A stretch of 63,816 nucleotides of DNA, the filler included, from Hausera hauseri (taxonomy: Eukaryota): the NCBI GenBank assembly GCA_046269625.1. It is 9 parts of 9 records of this genome, joined end to end, with 100 filler letters (N's around TTAATTAATTAA, not from the genome) between each part and the next. Parts side by side here need not be neighbours in the genome. Positions count along the whole stretch, not along the records: positions 47,598 to 59,483 come from JBJURY010062217.1; positions 59,584 to 63,816 come from JBJURY010685216.1; 7 more parts are not named here. One strand, 5' to 3'. Numbering within the stretch: position 1 is the first letter of the stretch; each line of letters starts with the position of its first letter. The translations under genes and the position numbers were made by a program. Below are positions 49,249 to 59,659 of the stretch, piece after piece. The notes below the pieces were generated by a model that saw only the letters and a program-made list of their open reading frames with translations, ran no database searches and had not been told where the DNA came from.

Positions 49249-52200
49249 TGACCTCCCGGTCCCGGGTCACCCTAGAAAACGTCTACCGAGAGGGGAATGA
49301 CATCTTCATAAAAGTCGATGGTATCCCCTATCTCGTAGATACTGGGGCAGAAGTATCCATGACCCGGAAAGACCTAGAGACCAAAGGATACTTAACGGTG
49401 CAATTGGCAAGCGGAACATTGGAAGAAATGGCCTATGGAATTTGGAAGAATGTAATATGGATAAAAGGCCCAAGTAACTTAATAACTGTTCAAGATTTGG
49501 AGAGTCTGAACAATCCAAAGAAGACTAAAAAATCGACATGGAAAAGACTAGAAGTATTAAAATCAAGATCTTTGAAAATAAGTCCCTCCGCAACACCAAC
49601 CTGGTATAAACCAGTCGAAGTCCCTGAAGTCATGAAACAGAAGGTGGAAGAAAGTGATTTTTCACCAGACGGGAAAATAAGGCTGAAAAGAATAATTGAA
49701 ACAGCCAGAGTCGCCCACTTCAAAAATGATTGTGGGGACCTGGGCACAAGATTTTGTCACCGAATCATAGGAGGAGTCCATCCACCTGTAAAACTGTACC
49801 CACTACACCCAGATGCAGTGGCTGAAATGGACAAAATTGTGAGGGAATTAAATACTTTGGGGATCCTGAGAGAAGAACCAAACCCCATCACAAACAGCCC
49901 CATTCAAGCAGTGAAAAAACCAGAGTCGGCAGGAGGAGGCTGGAGACCAGTCATCAACTTTAAAGCTCTGAACCGGCGCACAGTCGCAAACAGAGCCAGC
50001 CTCATCAACCCCCAAGGAGCCCTGAAAACTCTGAGGGTTAAAAAGTTTAAATCCTGCATTGATCTGGCTAATGGATTTTTCTCACTTCGAATATCTCGAG
50101 AATCTCAAGGGAAAACAGCTTTTACCCATAAAGGGAAAAGCTATGTGTGGCAAAGATTACCCCAAGGATACAAGAATTCTCCCAATGTGTTTCAATCAGC
50201 CGTGCTGGAAATACTTGATGGCCTGGGGGCGGCAGTATACATCGATGATGTATTTATCGCAGATGACACAGAAAAAGAACACCTTCAAAAGCTGGAAAAG
50301 GTAATAAAACGACTTTCTGAGGCAGGACTCAAGCTAAACCTGCCAAAATGTCAGTTTGGAAAGTTTAAAGTTAACTACTTGGGGTTCCAAGTAACTACAG
50401 ACCTGGGGCTTGCAGACGGATACAGAGAGAAAATCCTTCAAATAAAACCCCCCAAGAGTGAAAATGACCTACAGAAGATCTTAGGTCTGTGTAACTATGT
50501 CAGAGACCATGTGCCGGGTTACCAAAAATATGCAAAACCCCTGTACGCCTGCCTGAAGAAAAAAACCACAGAAGAAGGTCGCACAAGGAAAACATGGATA
50601 TGGACTGAAAAGAATCAAAATGAACTGAACAAGTTGAAAGAAGCCATCCAGGAGGCAGTTAGGCTTTAGCCCAGAAACCTAACCTCCAGGTTGGTGGCAG
50701 AAATTCAGTGTGAAGATGAAGACGCTGTGGTCAGGGTAAGCAATGAACATGGAGGCTTGGTCACCCTGTGGAGCACCACACTGCCATCAGTGGAGAGAAA
50801 ATACCCACAGGAGGAAAAAGAACTTGCAGTATTGGCCAAATACTGGAGTCCTTTAAAAGATCTGGCCCAAGGTCAACCCATCAAGGTAATCACCCAGAGC
50901 CAGGTGCATAAATACCTGAGGAAGGGCACCATCGAAAGCACCAAAGCCACTAACACAAGGTGGGGAAGATGGGAAGACATCTTGCTAGACCCAGATCTGG
51001 AGATCGGCCCAGTACAGATTAAAATAAAGAAACAACCAGAAGCTCAAACTGAGGAAAAAATCTATGAATGGGTGCTCTATACCGATGGATCTCGGAAAGG
51101 CCCAGACGAAACAGCCTACTGGGGCTATATCCTGAAACAGAATGGAAAAGAGCGCCATCGAGCCAGAGGAAAAGTGAAAGGAAGCGCTCAAACCGGAGAA
51201 GTAACAGCAGTTCTGGAAGGGTTGCTGGAAATCACCAAAAGGAAGGTTAAAAGGGCAAAAATGGTAACGGATAGTTACTATTGCGCTCAGGCCTTGAAAG
51301 AGGATCTGTCCATCTGGATAGAAAATGGCTTCGAATCAGCAAGAGGGAAGCTTGTGGCCCACAAAGAATTGTGGGAAAAAATAGCCGAGTTACGGACACA
51401 ACTCGACTTAAAGGTGGAACATCAGAAGGCACACACAAAAGAAGGATCCCATTGGAAGGGAAATGATGAAGTGGACAAGTACGTCCAGCAACGCAAAATC
51501 GTCTTGATTGGAGCAGATAAGTGGAACACAGCTCCTAAAGGGAAGGAGGTTCCAAAAGAATACGTGGAGGAGGTTGTGGTGACCGTGCATGAGGCTCTTG
51601 GACATGCCGGGCTGCTTCCCACGCGTAGAGAGCTGGAGAAGCAAGGCTTATGGATTCCAATGAAACAAGTTCGACGCATACTCCAGAACTGCAAAGTATG
51701 TGGGAAATACAACGCAGGAAGGAGAGGGAAAAGAACTGAAGGCCTCACAATCAAAAGCACAGTTCCATGGGGGTCGATCTGCATGGATGTGGCTGGCCCA
51801 ATGGGCACAACAGGGGCAAAAGGTGAGAAGTACCTTATTGTCCTAGTGGACTCCATGTCCGGCTATGTGATTGTGAGACCAGTCAGGAAGGCAAATGGGA
51901 ACAGCGTTGTTTCCATGTTGGATCAGACGTGTTCCTGTTTGGGCTTACCAAAAGAACTGCGGACTGATAATGGCACGCATTTCAAAAATGCACAAGTGGA
52001 TCGGTGGTGTGAACAGTATGGGGTGAGGAGAATATACTCACCGCCATACACACCACAGGCCAACGGGGTAGCGGAACGCACCATCGGATTGGTCAAAAGC
52101 TGGATAGCTAAAAATGCTAACTCCAAGCACTGGAGTCTCAAAGCAATGGAAATTGGCCAGGCCCTGAATGGGCGGGATCGAGCCAGAAGACCGTCCCCCT

Positions 52201-52460
52201 CCGAAGAACTTAACCAACGCCCCTTCATGACAGAAGAGGTGGGGAGGAGCAAGAAGGAGGGTACTGCCTCTTTAGAGGCCTGCCCCATTTCTGAGGGACA
52301 AAAGGTGTGGATAAAAGCCAGAGAACAGCCCAGCTCATCGGCAGTCAAGCCGAAATACGACGAGATTGACATTGTGAAGACTGTGCTGGATCAAAACACA
52401 GTGCTTCTTAAGAAGAGAGGAATCCAAGGAGTTGAACAGCTCAAACCAGTTCTAGATTAA
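49248..52460 (+). pseudogene. pol: pol (PR-RT-connection-RH-IN) with a single in-frame TAG at 50667-50669
   Basis: YLVDTGAEVS; YIDD; LYTDGS…TDSYY…GNDEVD; HEALGH…CKVC; ICMDVAG…RTDNG…NGVAER; both ORF halves are in the same frame. Confidence 0.95.
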
Positions 52461-52476
52461 AGAACCAGAGGTGAAC

Positions 52477-53559
52477 ATGGCTAGTATAATCCTCGATGGC
52501 ACTTTGCCTCCGGCCTACATTCGGCTAGCCACAATTAGAGGCCTTGTGGTCATGAGAAGGAATCCTCTTGGTATATGGGTTGGCAGAGCCCTGAAGAAAC
52601 TAGAGTATGCCAAAGCAGGATATCTGTCCACAGATCAAGAAAACCTGGAATGGGGACCAGGTAGCACAAAATGTGCTATATGCTTGCAAAGCAGTGAATT
52701 AGCACTAACCTGGGCAGGACCAGGAGTGGCTAAACCAAGAAAACCAAAACCTTCTGACATAGAACTCAGAGGGAAGCAACGAGGACCCGTGAAGGTGCTG
52801 GAAGCACTTATCAGCTCGACATGCAGGATCAAAACTCTGCCTCGAGTCACTCTGATTGTGCAATGGGATCACGTCGCAAGGGGACCAAGCAACAGTTGGG
52901 ACGGATACCGCTTGCAGATGTGCCCCAGCTGCATAACATTGTGCCATCATGGGGACCTGATCCAAGCCGCTGAAGCACACGGATGGCAGGTACGGAAATA
53001 CTATTATCCCCTCAGATGCCTCCAATTCGGAGAATTGGCAATTTTTCCGTACGGCTCAGAAGAGACCCAAGGCTGGATAGGCCCGTGGGAGTTAACCACA
53101 TGGGCCACATTGATTAAGGAAGTTGTTGACAACACAGACATCCCCCTCGTGAGTTTTTCCAAAATCCCTAAAGAACCGAGGGTCCGTCAAAATAATCTAT
53201 ACTATTTCACCACTAGTATTGATGCTTGGGCCAGCGCTGGAGCCAAGTCAAAGTACAAAAGGGCCGATTTTCTGGTCACATCTGAAGCTGCAGTCCGTAA
53301 GGGGGTAATGCAAATCCCAATGTCAGTGGCTCATCGTACGGACATGGCCCTTCGTCCTGACTCCACCCAGTGGGTACAAGTGGCAGTCCAGATGGTTGTG
53401 GCACCATTAAAAGGTGTCTACTCGGTGGGAGCAACAATCACGGTATTGAACCCACCCCATGAAGATAACTCAAATCCTATGGGGAAGAAGACATGGCTCC
53501 ACAACACCTTGTCCTGTTTTCCTACCAGGATGAGTAGGGAAAGAACCAACCAGGAGTAA
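52477..53559 (+). CDS. Accessory ORF between pol and env, unknown function
   Basis: Intact ~360-aa ORF starting 17 nt after the pol stop; CAIC and CPSC motifs. Confidence 0.7.
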   Translation: MASIILDGTLPPAYIRLATIRGLVVMRRNPLGIWVGRALKKLEYAKAGYLSTDQENLEWGPGSTKCAICLQSSELALTWAGPGVAKPRKPKPSDIELRGKQRGPVKVLEALISSTCRIKTLPRVTLIVQWDHVARGPSNSWDGYRLQMCPSCITLCHHGDLIQAAEAHGWQVRKYYYPLRCLQFGELAIFPYGSEETQGWIGPWELTTWATLIKEVVDNTDIPLVSFSKIPKEPRVRQNNLYYFTTSIDAWASAGAKSKYKRADFLVTSEAAVRKGVMQIPMSVAHRTDMALRPDSTQWVQVAVQMVVAPLKGVYSVGATITVLNPPHEDNSNPMGKKTWLHNTLSCFPTRMSRERTNQE

Positions 53560-53607
53560 AAAACCGAGGAGAGGGAGAAGAAGAGTCATCGGTTTTGTAC
53601 ACGGTAA

Positions 53608-53913
53608 TTGAAGGGAACAAATCACCAAAGTAACCTTTCACCCAGAGCCACAATGGGAATGGAAATAGTGATCTTCGTGACAGATTACTGGTTTGGAACA
53701 CAAAAAATGGAAATTGTTGTAACACCTCATCCAACAGACAGGTTGGTAATAGATTATCATGTAAGTGGAAATGTAATTAGAAGACGAATTAATTGGGAAG
53801 GGACCCGAGAGGGGTTCTTGGACTTAGTAATTGATCGGATACAACATTACTCAAGAGGAAATCGTTGGGAACATTTGGTAGAAGATTGGAGAGGAGAACA
53901 TTTCCAAAATTAA
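53608..53913 (+). CDS. Small accessory ORF, unknown function
   Basis: ~100-aa sense ORF filling the gap before env, with globular-looking sequence. Confidence 0.45.
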   Translation: MKGTNHQSNLSPRATMGMEIVIFVTDYWFGTQKMEIVVTPHPTDRLVIDYHVSGNVIRRRINWEGTREGFLDLVIDRIQHYSRGNRWEHLVEDWRGEHFQN

Positions 53914-54065
53914 AAGTAGAAGGGAGGGGCACACCTCCACCTTCAAGCCCCTCCCATCAAGAAGATAAAGAGGAGGAACCCATCAGGTTGCAGAACAGTT
54001 CACTCTCAGCAGAGAGATAGAACTTGTCAACTATCCAAATTAAACCCCTGAAGACAAAAGAGAAC

Positions 54066-56444
54066 ATGGACAAGGCCGATGACCCGAAACTCCTCCAAGA
54101 AAACAGCAGCGGCTGCTGCTGCAAGAAAAAGAAAAACTTAAAGATTTGCTCAAGGCTGCTAGCATTATGCATTGCTTCTGCATTAGTTCTGACTATCCTG
54201 TATCAGGCAGGATATGAACCATGGAAGATTACTCATGCTAGAGTATTCCATGCCAACACCAAATATGGGAACCTGACTTGCTGGAACACCAGCTCCCATA
54301 ACATCTTTATACCATGGGATGAAGACAAACCCTTTGACAATCAAGCACGAACCTGGAACCAAATAAAGAAGAAAGGATACAAGGAATGGGAAAAGAATTT
54401 GGCCAACTGGGAGGCATGGGTAAACGAAACGGCTAAACTAAACTGTTCAGCGCATGCACAAACAATCTCGAGCATGCTACCAACAAAAGATGGACTGATC
54501 GTCTGGATCGAAGTGCTGAAACATCAAGAGACTAAAATGACTAAATGCAACTGGATACAACCACATGAAGAACCGCCAGAATGGCACTGTGACTGGAGCT
54601 GCAAACCCCTGTTAGGCCTCAGTTATCAGGGATACTGGCAATACGAGGTTGTCTACCCAGCACCTCACAAGGACATCTTCTGCCATGCCATATTCCCTAA
54701 ATGGGAGTTTTGGGGACACTATGATCTTAAGTGTGACAAGATTCCCCCCAGAAACAAAACTGGGGTAACCAGGCCCAAAAAGAAATACCACCACACTGAA
54801 CCCAAACATACCCATGATCAGATACACCCTAACAGTACTCTAAAACCCATCGTGGAAAAGGTTAAAGTGGATGAAAACTCGAAGACTGAAGAAAGGCAAG
54901 TGTCAATAGAACAGCAACAAGTGGCTGAGCAGTGCCTGAAGTCTATCAGACAACTCGACCCGTGTATTTGGAACATCTGGGTGAAGTGTGTGGGGCAGAA
55001 TTTCATGCCCTTGGGCCCCCTATATTTTCAGTCCTATTATTACACCAACTACAGAGCCGTGTTCAGCCCAACCCGAGCACTCCATGAAGATTGGCTGAAT
55101 TCCACTTTTCCCTGGATTTGGATCAAGAAACAGGTTCTGCACTACGAGGGAGATTTCCCTGAAGGATCAGCCAGAAACCACGAAGGACTTCAAGGACCAT
55201 ACTACTCAGATATGTATGTACAAAGATTACCTACAGTAGAAGAACTGAAATCAGTGCCCAAAAATGATTTTGCCAAAATAGACAGATGTGTAGCTCAAAG
55301 GATCTTCCACAGTCTCAACAATTCTGAGTGGGAGGGTAATGGAGCCTCTCCTAGATGCAGGCTCTGGCAGGTTGATGTCTCCTTCGGATCAACGTGGAGG
55401 TACGATTGTACCAGTGTCCTGCATTATAACAGTACCAAAGAGTTGCTACAAGGATGGATTGAGGGAAAAGGAATCACCAACTGGTTCTGGGACAGGAGAG
55501 ACAAGACACGAACCTGGTGGGGGTTCCAGCGGGAAGAAATGGAACATTGGGTCATTCCCTGTCTGTCCCAGTCCAGCAACTACTGGGTCAAATACCAGTA
55601 CATTGCAACTGTTTATTCGAAGGAGTATGACATCTGGTCTAGCGCCATCTACAGACCAGAAAGATATGTCAGCCCCAGACCATGGAAACTGACATGTGCT
55701 GAATCTGGGGAAACTTGTACGGTGAGTTTGGCAAGAAGACCCTGCAGTGAGCTGCCAAACTGGGAAGGATACTGCCAGAGCTACTACAAGGAAGAGTTCG
55801 AACATCACCTGTCAGCAACGATTTGGACACAGAAAGCCATTCAGGAAAACAGTCCTTACAAGCAATTAATAACTCATTCCCAAAGATCATGGTATCGAGC
55901 CATGGACCTCAGTAATTGTGTGGGAGCCATCATGGGTCCTCACATGAGACATCGTGGGAGTGTGGTTGGAGAAATCATCCCCTCAGTCCCTGACGCCATG
56001 ATCGCTCTGGCTGAAGGCCATGCCTTCAGGAGAGGACTATGTCTGGGGAAGGAAATTGAGGGATTCGAATGGATTGGACCGAACCAGCTCTATTCGAACC
56101 TCACGTGTAAATACCCAGAAGAACAATGGAAAAAGTGCGGGCCGGACACAGATGAGCATACATGTGCATGGTATGAAACTCTGCAAATAACAACTATGAG
56201 AAAAGTAAAAACTCTGGCGAAAGGAGCTATGGAAATTGTTTCTGAAGGAACAGAAGCTGTGGCAGAAGAAACCTTAAAAGTAGTAGAAAAAGTCTGGCCA
56301 TACTGTTTAACAGTTTTGGGGATCCTTATTGCAGCCTACCTCGTCAAATCGGCTCTGACGGAAGTATGTAGCAGAGCCTTGCCCCCAGGAAGGAGGAGGG
56401 GCTACGAGGCCCTCCCCTCGGAGGAGGGCGCTGGCTCCCTATAA
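54066..56444 (+). CDS. env: Putative envelope glycoprotein
   Basis: Intact ~790 aa; N-terminal anchor LLALCIASALVLTIL after a cytosolic leader; many NxS/T sites, Cys/Trp-rich; C-terminal TM YCLTVLGILIAAYLV. Confidence 0.7.
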   Translation: MDKADDPKLLQENSSGCCCKKKKNLKICSRLLALCIASALVLTILYQAGYEPWKITHARVFHANTKYGNLTCWNTSSHNIFIPWDEDKPFDNQARTWNQIKKKGYKEWEKNLANWEAWVNETAKLNCSAHAQTISSMLPTKDGLIVWIEVLKHQETKMTKCNWIQPHEEPPEWHCDWSCKPLLGLSYQGYWQYEVVYPAPHKDIFCHAIFPKWEFWGHYDLKCDKIPPRNKTGVTRPKKKYHHTEPKHTHDQIHPNSTLKPIVEKVKVDENSKTEERQVSIEQQQVAEQCLKSIRQLDPCIWNIWVKCVGQNFMPLGPLYFQSYYYTNYRAVFSPTRALHEDWLNSTFPWIWIKKQVLHYEGDFPEGSARNHEGLQGPYYSDMYVQRLPTVEELKSVPKNDFAKIDRCVAQRIFHSLNNSEWEGNGASPRCRLWQVDVSFGSTWRYDCTSVLHYNSTKELLQGWIEGKGITNWFWDRRDKTRTWWGFQREEMEHWVIPCLSQSSNYWVKYQYIATVYSKEYDIWSSAIYRPERYVSPRPWKLTCAESGETCTVSLARRPCSELPNWEGYCQSYYKEEFEHHLSATIWTQKAIQENSPYKQLITHSQRSWYRAMDLSNCVGAIMGPHMRHRGSVVGEIIPSVPDAMIALAEGHAFRRGLCLGKEIEGFEWIGPNQLYSNLTCKYPEEQWKKCGPDTDEHTCAWYETLQITTMRKVKTLAKGAMEIVSEGTEAVAEETLKVVEKVWPYCLTVLGILIAAYLVKSALTEVCSRALPPGRRRGYEALPSEEGAGSL

Positions 56445-56445
56445 A
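56440..56445 (+). promoter_or_regulatory. Candidate internal-promoter TATA box at the env 3' end
   Basis: TATAAA overlapping the env stop, ~80 nt upstream of the next ATG, in GC-rich context. Confidence 0.4.
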
Positions 56446-56526
56446 GGGAAGCGCGGAGGCGAAAGGAGGAACAACCTCACTGGACATCGAGGAGGACACA
56501 AGACAGCAGAGCAGCTACAAGGAATC

Positions 56527-57492
56527 ATGACCAGCAACCACCCCAAGAACGCCACGCAGGTTATAACAGCAGCACTTTGGCTTCTGCTATACCCTAACAG
56601 TTCAGTTTGGGTATCAGAAGGGGCCCCCGCGCTTGCTCCAATCTACAACATCACGGGAGGAGATGCCATAACGACAACAACAGCCACCCACGCCGAGATC
56701 CAGGAAACCACTGAGTGCTCAACAAAGGCCACGGAGGATTTAACAACAACGATGCAGAACCCCAGCGAGGCAAGACCCTGGGACCCCCCCATAAAGGTCT
56801 CGACAGCAGAGTATTACGCGCTGCTATGTGCCTGGGTTTGCTACTGCATGACTGGAACTTGGAGCACCAAGCAGCCGATGAGAATTCTCATCTTAGCCCT
56901 GTCAATGGGTCAGGTAGCCGTCGGTCGCCTGTTGGGAAGACAAGAGGTGGCCTTATCCCTGTTTGTTTCCTACATCTTAGGGAGAGTCAAACCCCTCACA
57001 CCTAAGTCGACGGTGCTACTTTCCATATGGCTGTTGGTTGAAGGCGTGGTAATGGCTGTAGAATGGCTAAGACGGGTCCCATTTTCTCGGTTCGCACCAG
57101 AAAATATCATCTTGGCTGTCTGGGAAGGACTGCTAGCCATAAGTGTGGTCGTCCTCGTGAGCAAGGAAACCTGTCGTATCACCAGTAGAAAACTAGTCTG
57201 GCTCTGTAGACTCCTCCGCTTACTCCTGTGGGGAGTCGTGTGGGGGGTCTATTCGGCCTTGTACTGGGTTGGGATAATCAGTGAACTGTCTATCATGGTT
57301 TGGTTCATGACCTATGCTGCCCTCCTTCCAGTGAACCAAAAGACCGAAGAAGATCCTTTGGATCAACCTCCTCCTTCACGGAGAAATCCAACGGAGGTCT
57401 GGACAAACAGACCCCGCCCCTTGCACCATTGGGCAAATCCCCCTCCGATCGAAACCCAATTCAATAGGGAACGACCAGAGAGATCAGTCTAA
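56527..57492 (+). CDS. Accessory multi-pass membrane protein
   Basis: Intact 321 aa; N-terminal hydrophobic segment, Thr-rich stalk, about 5-6 hydrophobic helices, Pro-rich tail. Confidence 0.75.
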   Translation: MTSNHPKNATQVITAALWLLLYPNSSVWVSEGAPALAPIYNITGGDAITTTTATHAEIQETTECSTKATEDLTTTMQNPSEARPWDPPIKVSTAEYYALLCAWVCYCMTGTWSTKQPMRILILALSMGQVAVGRLLGRQEVALSLFVSYILGRVKPLTPKSTVLLSIWLLVEGVVMAVEWLRRVPFSRFAPENIILAVWEGLLAISVVVLVSKETCRITSRKLVWLCRLLRLLLWGVVWGVYSALYWVGIISELSIMVWFMTYAALLPVNQKTEEDPLDQPPPSRRNPTEVWTNRPRPLHHWANPPPIETQFNRERPERSV

Positions 57493-57666
57493 AAAGTTTT
57501 TTTTCCCGCTTTGCTTATGCTGCTTACCAAGCCACAAGTTAATTTTGATATTTTTTGTTTTTTGTTTTTCTTTTCCCACCAGTTTATCTGAGCTCTAGCT
57601 CTTTAGATGGTGAAATGTTGCCTTAAGTGTTAAAATATTCATCCTTTGACCCTCTCCCTCTAACAG

Positions 57667-59100
57667 AGACCTCTGTGCCAAAGCTGTGCGAAGACCTTCG
57701 AAGGTATTTCAATCTTCTGGAGATGCCTGGGGGCAAACTAGTGCAACAAGTGCTACCAGGGAACCTTTGAGATCTTGATGGCTATGGCTATCATAGTTCA
57801 AGGTGGGACCCAAAACTGCCCCAGAGCAAGTACTGCGAAGAGCTTTCTCCTTCACAATGATGCACTCATGGTCTGGAGCACCGCTTGGAGGTCTGAAGAC
57901 GCCGCCAACTACGAGGCAGCAGCAGCCCCTCATGGGATTCAATCGATACCTCTCATTCGTAAAGTATGGATGTCAAAATCCACCGATCGTAGGTACATCA
58001 GCCTCCATACACCAGACTATGCTCTGGTAGACCTCCATGTGAAAGAACCCTCTCCAGAACCTCGGGTTGAAGCCACAATGTACCCGCAACCACAGACGTA
58101 TACCATGTTACCAAATGATGGAGGCCCATCAACGCTGACCCGTCAGGTGCTGCCTGAGGGAGCGGCAAATCAACCAGGAAATAACATGGCCACAGATGAT
58201 CTGAATCAAGGGGTTTCTGAGTGGCTGCCCCATAATGTGGAATATGGGAAAACCCTTCTGGGGGGATTGGGGGCTGATGCACCGCTACCCCTCTACGGCA
58301 TAAGTGATCCACCCAACTTGTTCTTGCGTATAGTTCCTGATCCAATAACATCGGAACAAGACGGTCAGCCAATTGACCCGATTGCAAGTGACACGTTATT
58401 CCTGTCTCCAGCGGCTTCTGGGTTCGACGAAGAGCTGGCCTCAAGACGGGCAGACTCTACTGTGGAGACGCCGGTCGAAATGACCCAGGACCCACAAGTG
58501 TCTGATGAACCTCCTCCTCGTGTGGAACACCGCAAAGATCAACGTGTGCAGCGTCATCCCACCCACGAGTCTGGCTCGAGTCCACCAAGAATGGAAGGAT
58601 TTCTAAGGAAATCCCTGGAGGAACCCAACCACTCTACACCCAGAGAGTCCGCTAAAACCAAAGCAGGAGCCAACATTCACGGGGCGGCAAAAAGAAGAGC
58701 CGTAGAGGCATGGGGTCCGATAAACAAACCTCAGAGTTACGACAACCGGTACATGCCAAACAAATTCGTGAAACGAGGAGAGCCATCCAGCTTCGGCCAT
58801 AAACACCGTTCTCGGGATGGGGGCAGTTATCCACCAAAGCATCCAGTCAAGATTCGACCCTGGGAGCATAAAGATCAAAAGCCACAACCTCGCCCTGATT
58901 CCAAGAAGGGGGTGTCAAGTAACTCAGGGGTTAGTGTTGGAATCAGGCCAGAACCCCAGGTCACCGCCCCTCACCCCACAGGACCAAGAAGAGACGACCA
59001 GGTTAAAAGATCAAGAAACAAGGATGACCCTGAAAAGAGGAAGAAGAAAAAAGACAAAAAATGGACTGTTGGAAAGAAATCAAGAAAAGAGAATGAATAA
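57667..59100 (+). CDS. 3' accessory ORF (possibly spliced, transactivator-like), basic C-terminus
   Basis: ORF 57775-59100 extends in frame, past one TAG, to a splice acceptor CCCTCTCCCTCTAACAG|57667; CQSC and CNKC motifs; KRKKKKDKK. Confidence 0.6.
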
Positions 59101-59289
59101 GGCTTTAAACACATATCTGCATCTTAAAATTGCTATATCCTGTAACAGTTTTGCTTGATTATGTAATAACTTTGCTTTACTGTATAACAAGAATTGAATG
59201 ATTTTAAAATGTAATGATCTTTTAGTTAAGTTAGTGAGTCAAGGTTGGAAAGGCAGCAAGTAATTGTGAAATTTGGGCGGCTACGTCCA

Positions 59290-59408
59290 TTTGCAGAAAA
59301 ACAGGAACTGTTTGCAGAAAAACAGGAACTGTTTGCAGAAAAACAGGAACTGTTTGCAGAAAACAGGAACTGTTTGTAGAAAAACAGGAACTGTTTTTCT
59401 ACAAACAG
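59290..59408 (+). repeat. 5 x ~21-bp tandem repeat ending in a perfect 18-bp hairpin
   Basis: TTTGCAGAAAAACAGGAACTG units; CTGTTTGTAGAAAAACAG-GAA-CTGTTTTTCTACAAACAG at 59370-59408. Confidence 0.95.
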
Positions 59409-59583
59409 TAATATGAAACATACTGTGCTAAAAAATTGAATGTATTAAAATGTATGTGTTATTAAAAGGTTTTTGTAAGATGGNNNNNNNNNNNNNNNNN
59501 NNNNNNNNNNNNNNNNNNNNNNNNNNNTTAATTAATTAANNNNNNNNNNNNNNNNNNNNNNNNNNNNNNNNNNNNNNNNNNNN

Positions 59584-59655
<72 letters not shown>
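59584..59655. repeat. (CT)n microsatellite
   Basis: Pure CT dinucleotide run at the contig start. Confidence 0.99.

Positions 59656-59659
<4 letters not shown>

Larger units (their letters stand above)
47598..59483 (+). mobile_element. Foamy-like (spumaretrovirus-related) endogenous retrovirus, near-complete internal region
   Basis: RT closely follows foamy-virus RT (KSCIDLANGFF…TAFTHKGKSYVWQRLPQGYKNSP…YIDD…LQKILGLCNY); connection domain plus separate RNase H (LYTDGS); integrase; Pol has its own ATG; Gag lacks Cys-His boxes. Confidence 0.85.

Noticed and set aside
50667-50669. Programmed readthrough of TAG in foamy-like pol
   Set aside because: Lies inside the RT-connection region; a point mutation (e.g. 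GAG>TAG) is simpler
59474-59483. TGTAAGATGG as the start of the 3' LTR
   Set aside because: No polypurine tract precedes it and the contig ends; cannot be supported
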